From Albugo candida (Eukaryota), in contig JBDOQK010000003.1 of assembly GCA_040437565.1 (NCBI GenBank), forward strand, positions 682,001-746,000: DNA of 64,000 nt, given 5' to 3'. The notes below the pieces were generated by a model that worked only from the letters and a program-made list of their open reading frames with translations, was not told where the DNA came from and did not search any database. Positions 11,795 to 22,800 of the stretch are shown one piece after another (position 1 is the first letter of the stretch; the number at the start of each line of letters is the position of its first letter). The translations under genes were made by a program, and so were the position numbers.

Positions 11795-14700
11795 ATGGAA
11801 AAAATCGATCCCAAACAAAGCGGCACTTTTGATGCGGCAAATTCGATTGACAGAGCATGTGCTCACATAAATACATCGCCCCGTAATCGCTGGGTCGAGC
11901 TGTGGCACCGACGTCACGTTATAAAGCCAGAACTTCCTTCTTACTATAACGAAAGCGAGAAAGTTCATATGGTGTATATTTTTCGACCATCCGATTATGA
12001 CTTGTTCTTGCGGCACTATAGGCTGAACGCTTTTGAGAACATTGATAGAATTCCAGCTTCAATGCATAAACTTTTCGGGTCTAATGTAAAACTCAAAGCA
12101 CTTACGGAGAATCTTCGTTCTGGACCTCTTCGCTCTCACATTGTTAGGAGAGATAGCGAAATGACAACAAGTCGTGAACCTCAATTTAATCGAATGCTTG
12201 AATATGTGCAAAAATTCTCACCTACAAAAAGTTTCAGAGCAAAAAAGGAATTGTGCCTCTTGCAGCGCACAAGTGACATGGAATCTGATGACAAAAATTC
12301 AAAAAAAGTATGGGAATTATCCGATGGGTATATTGGTCGTGAAAATGGAGAAAATGTTGTTATTCCAACAAATGAGGCCTCTATGGACCTGTTGCACGCA
12401 AGAATTATCGTAAGCGGCGATGATTATCTGATACAAGATAATGATAGTAGTACAGGCACATACCTCTGCCTCTCCACGCATCGACGACAGTATTCTCAGC
12501 GATACGGATATCACCTGGGCAATAAAGATGTTGTCTATATGGGATGTAATAGCATCATTACAATTCGAACATCTGATTCTAACGATATTACGCCTCAGAA
12601 TTCTCACAATGCGGACACCAAACAACAGAACGATCTCGATCCGAAACCCCCTAAAGCTGGTAAAAGAGTACATTTCGCAGATTTTCCATCTGTGCTATCC
12701 AATCCCGAGGGCGATCATCATCAACGCTGGTCGATAGTATCTAAAGCCTTCAAGAACAAAACAGGTGGATCACAAAAACAGATTCTCGAGGATGCATGTG
12801 GCAGTGTGTTAGGATCTATTTACCGTCGAAATGTACAAAGCGCTGCGTATCGTCAAGAAAGGATTAGCTCAAAGTTATTTGTTTCGACTTCTCTTCCAGG
12901 AGAGAAGGAAACCTGGCTCCCACTCAAGGGAAAAAATTCCTACACTATCGGGTCAGATCGAGCATGCGACATACAAGTCTTTGGTAGCGGCGTGCGAGCT
13001 GTACACGCTAGAATTATCAATGATGGGTATCATTTCATATTACAGGATTTGTCGCTAGAAGAAAGAAATCCCGCATTACGAACTCGAGTTAGACTGATCC
13101 AACCGACCAAGCTTGCATGTGGAGACTTGATTTTGTTTGGGGATTGTGTTATGGCTGTTGCGTTGGCAAGTAGTGTTCTCGATCCCACGTATTCTGATTT
13201 TCAAGAGGTTGGCTTGCGATGTCACGTCCTACGACATTCTAAACGCAAAGCTCGGCAAAAGCAAAAGTATCTTCCAATAGTTTACCGTCATAGTCAAGCA
13301 ACTCCACTTATTGTAGGCCGTGGGAGTACTTGTAGTGGAAAACTGCAAACCACATCAATTAATTTGAGGCAGTTCAATTTGTATTTGGATAATGGAATTT
13401 GTTACTTGATACCACATGGAGCGGGATTGAATCAAGGTCTGTATTACCTTATAGGACGCGGGATTTATCTTCATGGCCAGGACGAGTGTCTCCAATATAC
13501 GAGCAAACCATTAAAGCTCGAGGCACAGGTTGTGATACGCTGTGGAAGTTCCGAGCTTGAAGTCTCACACATTAAATGTCAGTCATCGAAACAAGCGAAA
13601 CAAGCGAACCAAGAAATCCGTGACAATGCAAAAGCACTTCAAAAACTTTTCTGGCTACAACAATTTGATCAAGAGCAAGAGCTCCTTATCAACATTGCAA
13701 CCAAATCGCAGCGTATCGAGCTTGAGCCCGGAGATTGCGTGTATGACGCTGGGGACATCGCAACTTTTTTCTTTGTGGTGCTCGATGGAGAAATAAATTT
13801 GACCTTTCCATCCCTTGACCCAGCATCATCGGGAAGTAATTTGTTGAAAAATTCGGATCAATGTAAATTCCAAGAACCACATGTCGAGCGGCTTGGGTCT
13901 GGGAGTTACTTTGGTGAGGTTAGTCTCATCCAGAAGGACCTCGCGTACGTCGAAAGCGCTCACGCCTTGACAAAATCACTTGTTCTGGTAGTTGATGCCG
14001 GAGATTTTTGTGGGTTTTTCTCACCTTATATGGACATTATTCACGCTCAGCTCGCGTACGAAAGTTATCGGGATCTTCTGATGGTTTGGCGGTTATCCGT
14101 ACCATACTTTGCCAACCTCGAGTATGATGAGCTGCGCATGTTGGCGAACAAGGTCGACCACTATACCTATACCAAGAATCAACCTATTGTGCTTGGAGGG
14201 GAATTTCAGACTTCCAAAAATGCTCACGGAATTCTTTTGCTGTATCGAGGTAAGGCTGATGTAAAAGACGAAAATTCGTTAAGAAGTTTTGATGGGGAAA
14301 TTTTGCAATCTGCAAAAGAATGGACTCGTTATGAGTGCTTGACTTCTCTACCGCATGAAGCAATAGAAGCGCAGTACAACAACGTCATCGCACGATCAGA
14401 TCAAGTCGAGTGCTTCTTTTTACATGCAAATGAACTTTTGAGACCCACTTCATCCTTTGATACACCTCGGAAGAAGACTTATTCTCGGCTCCACACCGCC
14501 TCAAGTAGAAAAGAGTCGTTAGAACCAGCTGTAGACGCTCACAAATTTCCAGAACGTCGACGTAAAAGTTCTGTTGTACAGCTACACCACTCACGCGCAC
14601 ACTGGACCTCTCAAGCGATGGGTACTGTCCCGTCGAATAGGTCCTTCACTCGCTTGGAACAGGCCAATATGGAGGATGACGAATCTTTTAATCAGAAATG

Positions 14701-15103
14701 GCGACGGAAAAAGCGGAATCGAGCCTTGCTGGAGCAAACAATCACTGACGTAGAGCAAAATCCTGATCTAAGCAATGCTCTGGTTTTGTATGTGCTTTCA
14801 GGAGCGAATCGTGGAGACATACACGTGATTCGAAATGTCGGGTCCATTGGGCGCACACACAGTCGATGTGACATTGAGCTAAATGATTGTCACGTCTCAC
14901 AATCACAAGCGCTCATTGAACATCGCGATGGATGTTACTGGCTATATGACACACAAAGTGAATGGGGAACTTTTGTGCGTCTCGAGGAAGCGCAACAATT
15001 TCAAGTGGATATTGGAGACGTGTTGATGGCTGGTGAAGTTGAGTTCACATGCCTAGGATCCGTTCAGTCTCGAGACAAACCAAGCAGTTGCTGCTTGCAA
15101 TAG
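11795..15103 (+). CDS. Multi-FHA and cyclic-nucleotide-binding domain protein with C-terminal CaaX (CCLQ)
   Basis: FHA-like segments YIGRE..HARI..D.DSSTGTY, TIGSD..HARI and SIGRT..SQSQALI..DTQSEWGTFV; cNMP segment PGDCVYDAGD..FFVVLDGEI..GSYFGEVSL plus a second degenerate copy. Confidence 0.8.
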   Translation: MEKIDPKQSGTFDAANSIDRACAHINTSPRNRWVELWHRRHVIKPELPSYYNESEKVHMVYIFRPSDYDLFLRHYRLNAFENIDRIPASMHKLFGSNVKLKALTENLRSGPLRSHIVRRDSEMTTSREPQFNRMLEYVQKFSPTKSFRAKKELCLLQRTSDMESDDKNSKKVWELSDGYIGRENGENVVIPTNEASMDLLHARIIVSGDDYLIQDNDSSTGTYLCLSTHRRQYSQRYGYHLGNKDVVYMGCNSIITIRTSDSNDITPQNSHNADTKQQNDLDPKPPKAGKRVHFADFPSVLSNPEGDHHQRWSIVSKAFKNKTGGSQKQILEDACGSVLGSIYRRNVQSAAYRQERISSKLFVSTSLPGEKETWLPLKGKNSYTIGSDRACDIQVFGSGVRAVHARIINDGYHFILQDLSLEERNPALRTRVRLIQPTKLACGDLILFGDCVMAVALASSVLDPTYSDFQEVGLRCHVLRHSKRKARQKQKYLPIVYRHSQATPLIVGRGSTCSGKLQTTSINLRQFNLYLDNGICYLIPHGAGLNQGLYYLIGRGIYLHGQDECLQYTSKPLKLEAQVVIRCGSSELEVSHIKCQSSKQAKQANQEIRDNAKALQKLFWLQQFDQEQELLINIATKSQRIELEPGDCVYDAGDIATFFFVVLDGEINLTFPSLDPASSGSNLLKNSDQCKFQEPHVERLGSGSYFGEVSLIQKDLAYVESAHALTKSLVLVVDAGDFCGFFSPYMDIIHAQLAYESYRDLLMVWRLSVPYFANLEYDELRMLANKVDHYTYTKNQPIVLGGEFQTSKNAHGILLLYRGKADVKDENSLRSFDGEILQSAKEWTRYECLTSLPHEAIEAQYNNVIARSDQVECFFLHANELLRPTSSFDTPRKKTYSRLHTASSRKESLEPAVDAHKFPERRRKSSVVQLHHSRAHWTSQAMGTVPSNRSFTRLEQANMEDDESFNQKWRRKKRNRALLEQTITDVEQNPDLSNALVLYVLSGANRGDIHVIRNVGSIGRTHSRCDIELNDCHVSQSQALIEHRDGCYWLYDTQSEWGTFVRLEEAQQFQVDIGDVLMAGEVEFTCLGSVQSRDKPSSCCLQ

Positions 15104-16928
15104 TAAAGACTTTTTTTCTTAAAAGATGACGAAACGAAGAAACATACTTCATTCAGGCTTCATTGGCTGTAGTATACACCATAACTTGGACTGGACGATG
15201 CTGGAAGAATTCCTGTCCGGTCCGCAAGTCGACGCAAACAATATCGCGGATCTCTTGCAAGCCACACTCTAGTGGCAATAATTTCAATGGAATACTTATG
15301 TTTGCGTTGGATACCAGAGAGCCTACATGCTAAAATCCAATCACTAAGAAAACAAGCAGTGAGGTTATCTTGTGAAATGACTCACCCGGTGCGTCAAGCA
15401 ATAACAGACGATTCCATTCAAACTCTCTTTACGGAACTGAAGCTGAATGTCAAAATTCCGAGTGGAGTGATTTTCAATCGTGCATTCCACCGTGAAAACT
15501 TTTTCTACAATCAATCGTTTGGGAAAGGAATGAAGTCGGATGGTAACATCTCGCATCGTGTCGTATTTGCGAACAATCGGCTGACTATGCACTGACCCAG
15601 CTTCCCCAACGCTAGTCTTCCACCCCACGTGCAGCCGCCCTAGTGGCTGTAATTGCATTTACAGCGATACTGTTATACATCTACGAATGAGCGTCGCGGA
15701 CCTGAGATGATTGAAACCCTGGATCCACTAATTTCTTGTTTTCATCATCGAGTAAGCGAANNNNNNNNNNNNNNNNNNNNNNNNNNNNNNNNNNNNNNNN
15801 NNNNNNNNNNNNNNNNNNNNNNNNNNNNNNNNNNNNNNNNNNNNNNNNNNNNNNNNNNNNCAGAAATGGCGACGGAAAAAGCGGAATCGAGCCTTGCTGG
15901 AGCAAACAATCACTGACGTAGAGCAAAATCCTGATCTAAGCAATGCTCTGGTTTTGTATGTGCTTTCAGGAGCGAATCGTGGAGACATACACGTGATTCG
16001 AAATGTCGGGTCCATTGGGCGCACACACAGTCGATGTGACATTGAGCTAAATGATTGTCACGTCTCACAATCACAAGCGCTCATTGAACATCGCGATGGA
16101 TGTTACTGGCTATATGACACACAAAGTGAATGGGGAACTTTTGTGCGTCTCGAGGAAGCGCAACAATTTCAAGTGGATATTGGAGACGTGTTGATGGCTG
16201 GTGAAGTTGAGTTCACATGCCTAGGATCCGTTCAGTCTCGAGACAAACCAAGCAGTTGCTGCTTGCAATAGTAAAGACTTTTTTTCTTAAAAGATGACGA
16301 AACGAAGAAACATACTTCATTCAGGCTTCATTGGCTGTAGTATACACCATAACTTGGACTGGACGATGCTGGAAGAATTCCTGTCCGGTCCGCAAGTCGA
16401 CGCAAACAATATCGCGGATCTCTTGCAAGCCACACTCTAGTGGCAATAATTTCAATGGAATACTTATGTTTGCGTTGGATACCAGAGAGCCTACATGCTA
16501 AAATCCAATCACTAAGAAAACAAGCAGTGAGGTTATCTTGTGAAATGACTCACCCGGTGCGTCAAGCAATAACAGACGATTCCATTCAAACTCTCTTTAC
16601 GGAACTGAAGCTGAATGTCAAAATTCCGAGTGGAGTGATTTTCAATCGTGCATTCCACCGTGAAAACTTTTTCTACAATCAATCGTTTGGGAAAGGAATG
16701 AAGTCGGATGGTAACATCTCGCATCGTGTCGTATTTGCGAACAATCGGCTGACTATGCACTGACCCAGCTTCCCCAACGCTAGTCTTCCACCCCACGTGC
16801 AGCCGCCCTAGTGGCTGTAATTGCATTTACAGCGATACTGTTATACATCTACGAATGAGCGTCGCGGACCTGAGATGATTGAAACCCTGGATCCACTAAT
16901 TTCTTGTTTTCATCATCGAGTAAGCGAA
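14693..16928. other. Largest gap-flank duplication (14693-15760 repeated at 15861-16928), assembly overlap
   Basis: 1068-bp direct repeat, apparently identical, separated by exactly 100 N; the same pattern occurs at most of the 14 gaps. Confidence 0.9.
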
Positions 16929-18066
16929 ACATTCGCTGTAATTCTTCTTGCGGCCGAAGAAGTGTTGACAACCCGCGCGCAAGGTGCTGTTTCAATAAAG
17001 TCCAGGAAGCCTCGACACTATAGTCTGAATTTTCCAATTGTGGTTGTGCACATTGCTCATCAAGTTTATTCTCGTCGGCTGCCAAAATGAATGATGATGT
17101 TGCTTCAAATTTGATTGAATCTATGAATAAAGGCAAACTCGATACATTACGGATTTGAGCTTCAATCAAAATTTGTTGAGATGAAGCTCGAGATTGTTTA
17201 AAATTTAATATCAGAGGATTTTGGACACCAAATCGGTAAAATTTGCGCAAAGATTTGGGCTCTCTTGTAATCGGATCGAGATATGTGACCCCAACACGCA
17301 GTCTGTGATCCATAAACAGTACAATTTACAACTTGGAGGGATCTTTTTGAAGCACTTTTAACTTACACATGGTTTCCGACTTGTGAAAGAGGAAAATCGA
17401 CCACCATATCCAAAGACGAATTGGCGGACAGGACAGGAGTTGGATTTGGCGGAGGATGCATCCCCGTGCGAGAATGCCGATTGTCCTGAAGCTCTACACG
17501 ATCATTACCGCATTGAATATTCGCCTATATACATCATTGTCAACGACACGTTCACTTCATTTGGAGCGATTTGATAGAGTACCGTAAGCCCAACTTCTTC
17601 CATGTCACAATTGTACGGATTAATGACACTTATATAACTGCTAAATGTATTACCAAGGAATATCTGTCTACAAAGAGAGTGGTGACATTGTGACGTGCTA
17701 CTTCAAAAAGCATTAGGGCGTGCCCGAAACTATCCGGAAGACAGAGCATGTTCGATATGACATATTCCGTATTGCATGCGTTTCCACCACTCATTGTGGT
17801 AGGTAGTATGACTCCAGTGTTATTTGTGCTCTGAGAAAAAAGTTTAGGCTTGTATAGCCGCATGACTACAATAGTATTGGTAGAGCTCTTTCGTTGCTTG
17901 CCCGCGTGAGAGAAAATTGTAACCTTTTAAAGTTGGCTGTACATTGGGACCTGTTTGAGATCCTAGATTGGCAGGATCTACGTTTATGAAGCATTGGCAT
18001 TAGTACGAAGAGTTTCTTGGTAGTGGAGCATCTACCATTATTTTTGACGCTACTTTGCGAACTCAT
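16321..18066 (-). CDS. TRAPPC13: Trafficking protein particle complex subunit 13 (multi-exon; 3' half also duplicated at 15153-15760)
   Basis: LKVMRLYKP, LCLPDSFG, LRKFYRFGVQNPL, LIEAQIRNVS and LGRLHVGWKTSVGEAG are TRAPPC13 hallmarks. Confidence 0.85.
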
Positions 18067-18119
18067 CTTGGTGATTTGTTCGGGCGACCTTCCAGTAACA
18101 CATCATTACATGCTAACCG

Positions 18120-18871
18120 ATGGATGATATTATGTGGAAATGCTCTACAGCTTTTGTGCTTGGTGCCGCGACACATTACTTGATCTCTACGTATCTTTCG
18201 AATGAAAAGAGAAATGAGATATGGGAATCAGTACGTTCAGCTAAAAGCTCCAATTACACTGGATCCAGCGCTCCAAGTAGCACGGACGCATCCGAGCACA
18301 CTCCTGGCGACGATATGGCCGCTAGCAAAGAAATAGCAAGTGAATCTTCAGAAGATAATGATTGGGAAGGCAAGGACTCTAGCCTTTGGCAGCCACAAAA
18401 AATGGTATTGTGTGTGCGAACAGACTTGGGAATGGGAAAAGGTAGGATGTTAATCTTTATCATGTTACGATTGTATTCAGCTTATGAAGCAATTTCTTAT
18501 GGTACTAAAAGGAAAAATTGCTGCACAATGCTGTCATGCAACTCTGGGTGCATATAAACTTGCATTGCGGAAAAACCCAAAGAACGTAGAAACGTGGGAA
18601 GCCATTGGCCAAGCCAAAGTTTGTTTGAAGATTGAAAGCGAAGAAGAACTGGCGCAGCTCGCCGAAACCGCTAATGCATTGCATCTGAATCATTACATAG
18701 TGGTGAGAAAATTGTGTCATGAGATAGAAGCTAGCTAATGCAATGAATTTATCTCGTTAGGTTGACGCTGGAAGAACGCAAATTGCACCGGACACAAAAA
18801 CCGTTTTAGGCATCGGTCCTGCTTCGGTAGATGACATTGACGTTGTAACGAGACACCTAAAGCTTCTTTGA
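18120..18871 (+). CDS. PTH2: Peptidyl-tRNA hydrolase 2 (N-terminal TM anchor), 3 exons
   Basis: [61 protein letters not shown]. Confidence 0.93.
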
Positions 18872-19026
18872 GTGATACATACTGCTTCCTGTAAAATAAT
18901 AAAGAAGCTTAGTTCAATCGTATTTTTTAACTGGACAAAACTGCGATGATCGAGTAAATGATTGGTGGAAATAGGAAAAAGCACCTCCATCCAATCGTCA
19001 GTAACACCGAGTAACGATAAAGTGTG

Positions 19027-19547
19027 ATGGCAAAGCCTACGACAACGAAGAATACCGCTGGCAAGAAAGCTGCCCAAGTATCCAGAAAGATTCTCAAAGG
19101 ATCACATGGAAAAGCTGTGAAAAGACGCACTAAGGTGCATTTTTACAAGCCTAAGACACTGAAATTGAGCCGAGCCCCAAAGTATGCTCGCAAAAGTGTT
19201 GCAACCCGGAACAAGATGGACAAATATCGCATCATTAAGGCACCAGTTACCACGGAACCAGCTATGAAAAAGATTGAAGACCACAACACTTTGGTATTCA
19301 CTGTTGACATTCTTGCAAACAAGCGTCAAATCAAAGATGCAATGAAGCAAATGTACGACATCAAATGTCAGAAGGTTAACACGCTAATCAGGTACGCTTT
19401 AATACATGAAAAACTCTTACTACAAGCATCACGCTAATTTGCGTTTCCATCTTATGCTGCAGGCCTAATGGACAGAAGAAAGCATATGTTCGTCTAACGC
19501 CCGACTACGACGCACTCGATGTTGCTAATCGTATCGGCGTGATCTAA
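19027..19547 (+). CDS. RPL23A: 60S ribosomal protein L23a (uL23), one intron
   Basis: [63 protein letters not shown]. Confidence 0.97.
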
Positions 19548-19832
19548 GCAGTTCAAAGGCAGCGAATCCGAACCGGAATGGTTTTCTTCGGGGTAGACTT
19601 ACGTTACGATGATGGAGCATGTCTCACAATCAAAGCTGTTATTATAAGTAAACAGTTTTGAATGCGCTTTGCCGAGTTTGTCAATTTGTTTGTCTTTTCT
19701 TTGTATTGCAAACAAAGCTATTGTCTCCGTCTCGCCCTAATGAGCTATAAAGCATCGGTATCTCCTTTATTAGTGTGCCATCGCGCACACCAAAGCTATG
19801 CTTCACAGTTAAGCTCGGAATCGCGAGTATAA

Positions 19833-22800
19833 ATGTTCGAGACTCTTGTGACCGGAATATTGACAAACTTACTCGGTAATTACATCGACGCAAAATGCTT
19901 CAGTAAAGACCGAATCAATGTAGCAGTCTGGTCTGGCTATGTGGTGCTGCACCATCTTGAATTACGCTCGGATCTATTCGATCAGATACCCACAATCCGA
20001 TTGCTTCGTGGCGTTTGCGGATCCATTGAACTCAAAATACCATGGAATCGTTTACAATCAGACTCTGTCGTGATTACAATTGATGATTTGTATCTGCTTG
20101 TTCAGACAGAAGAAGACATCGAGGCTGTCTTGCTGCAAAAAGATGAATTTCAATGGAAGCGTAAAGTTATTGAGCAGCTGTATGCTAAAGCCAGGGAAGC
20201 GCAAGAAATTGAAAGCGGCGTTGATAAAAGTAGCAAACGTGAATACGGCTACGCTGCTCGACTAATCAATAAAATAGTGGACAACATAGAGGTACATTAG
20301 CGCAATGACTCTAATGTTTTCCTATGCACTCATTTTCTCTGCATTAGATTCATGTACGTCACATACACTTTCGACTCCATGACACTTCGTCCGGGGATCA
20401 TCCTTTTGCACTTGGCATTACCGTTGAATCTGTGCACGTACAGGTATAATTATGTTTTCACTCACGCTTGTGCTTCCTGAATTTGACATGTTTCACGTGG
20501 TAGTCTACAACGGCCAATTGGCAGCCATCGTTTGTAGACGTATCTAAAACAGACGATCCTCGTATATACAAAAGCATTGAAGTGAACCATTTCAGCGTAT
20601 ATCTCAACCCAGGCATTCACTTCCCGAAAGCGAGTGTAGAAGGAATTGTTGATATGAACTCCAGTGAATATGAAGTTTTCGATCCGCTGTCGTGCTCGAT
20701 GGAAGAATTCCGTCATGTTTTTTGTCAATCGATTCCAACTAGAGCAGAACATCGATCATCGTCTTCGAAATGGAAAATGAGTCCGCCAACTTCTTCCATT
20801 AATGAAGAGTTTTCAAATGCTCTTGACCGAAACGATTTACAGCATCACTATCTTCTCCAACCTGTTGACTCTTCAGCGAGACTGATCATCAATAGGGAAA
20901 TGCGAGATAAGCATATTCCCCAATTTGAAGTCGATATCACTATTCACACAATCGCAATTCAACTGGAAGAGTCTCAATATTGTGACATTCTTTATCTTTA
21001 CACTTCATTCCAGATACCAGAGCATTTTCAAAAGTATCATCATGCGCACAAAATGAGACCGAGAAATTCCATAGCTGATGCTCATAATGCACGAGAATGG
21101 TGGATATATGCAATTCAGGTAACCCTGGAACAGGTTCATGAAAGAAAAAATTCATGGTCGTGGAGCTACATTGATGAAAGAAGAATGGATCGAATTCGGT
21201 ACGCATATTCCTGGCAAGAAAAACGAAAATTGGAGCTGGATCCTCATGCCGCACATGACATGCTACACTATGAGACGGAGGAAGAAGTCGATATGGAATC
21301 CAGGGACGATGATATACGAGATAGCCAGGCATCCATGCAAAGCGGTAATTCGTTGGTACAGCCAAGTGAGCCAGCCTTCTCCTCTTCCCCCAGTCACTGG
21401 AATCGAATACGTACCAGTCAGGATAACTTTGGTGAACCCAAGACGTACTCGGAACATTGTCGAGTTTTGGAGGAGATCGAACGAAGGCGAAGCGTCGAAG
21501 ACATACTGTATTTCCGTTATGTCGCCGATATGAAATTCTCATTTCATAATACAGCTCGGACTGGACCACCGCTACCTCCTATACGAAGCTCCATTCCATC
21601 CGGGACCACCCTTTCTGATTCTGAATCGGTCTGCACAGACGATGCAGAATCACTTACACCAACGGAGGTCCGATACAAGAGCTGGGGACATTGGCTTTTT
21701 GGCTGGACCAACCAATTCAGTGCAGTCAATTCTAGTCCGAACGTGGATCAGGTGCAGAGACTTTTGCCGGAAATCGAATTGCGTGAGTTATTCAAAATTT
21801 TGGAATATGATCCAGACAAACGAGCACGACGAAGAAAAAAGATTGCTCATCGCTACTCACAGCAATCGACCAAGGACGCACCTATTGATACCAGACGTGA
21901 TGATGAAGCTTCGACTTCCAGGATCACTATTGAGCTATATAAAGGCTCTATAACACTAGCCAGTGATCAAGAGCGAAACTTAGCACTCGCCGGCGGTGGT
22001 GAACGTTATGGTGAGAAGTATTGCCCCACCCAATTCTTACTCGGTACATTTTCTCAATTACAGCTTCAAGTCCTCACAAGAGACGATTTTATGAAATTGG
22101 ACATATCCCTTCAATCAGTCGAGGCATTTGATCTTAGTGCAAACAATGCGTTCCCTCGACTGCTATCGAGGAAAAAAGACGGAATCGACTCCAGCATGTC
22201 TTTCTTCACAACGTCAGCTGATATAGCAGGGCGCGTCTCTGGCAACAAGTTTTCCGATTCGACTTTTTCGATGAGTTATGAGACAAATACCAGCAATATT
22301 TCTGACGCTGATGCGTCATTATTTGTACTCATGGAGCCTCTGGAAATTGTTTTCTCTCCAACTGCTGAATGTTGGGGTCGCCTGACCGCATTCGTACAAA
22401 CATCGCAGACGCTGGGTGTCTGGGATGAGCTGGAAGTAGCAAGCCTTAATGACATTGTCAATCTTAAAGCTCGAACGGAAGCAAAATTAAACTTTATAAT
22501 GGAGAATAGAGTGGCCTTATCGATCGATTTACAAATTCGAGCTCCAGTCATAATAATTCCATCGGACGACCACATTGCCGGATGTTCAAGACTTGTAATT
22601 GATTTGGGCTTACTCACTTTACGCACGGAACGATTGAGTCGCCTAAACTCTGAGCTTATTGACACATCTGGCAATGGAGTGAAACTTGAAGAACAACTCG
22701 AGTCACTTGGTGCATCCAGGATGCGTTCATCACCAATTCCATCACATACATCCAGCCAAGGTTCGACCAGACAACTTTACGACGATTCTGAGTCAGACTA

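Noticed and set aside
15861..16271. Second small FHA gene (125-aa ORF)
   Set aside because: Copy of the 3' end of the FHA/cNMP gene created by the gap-flank overlap
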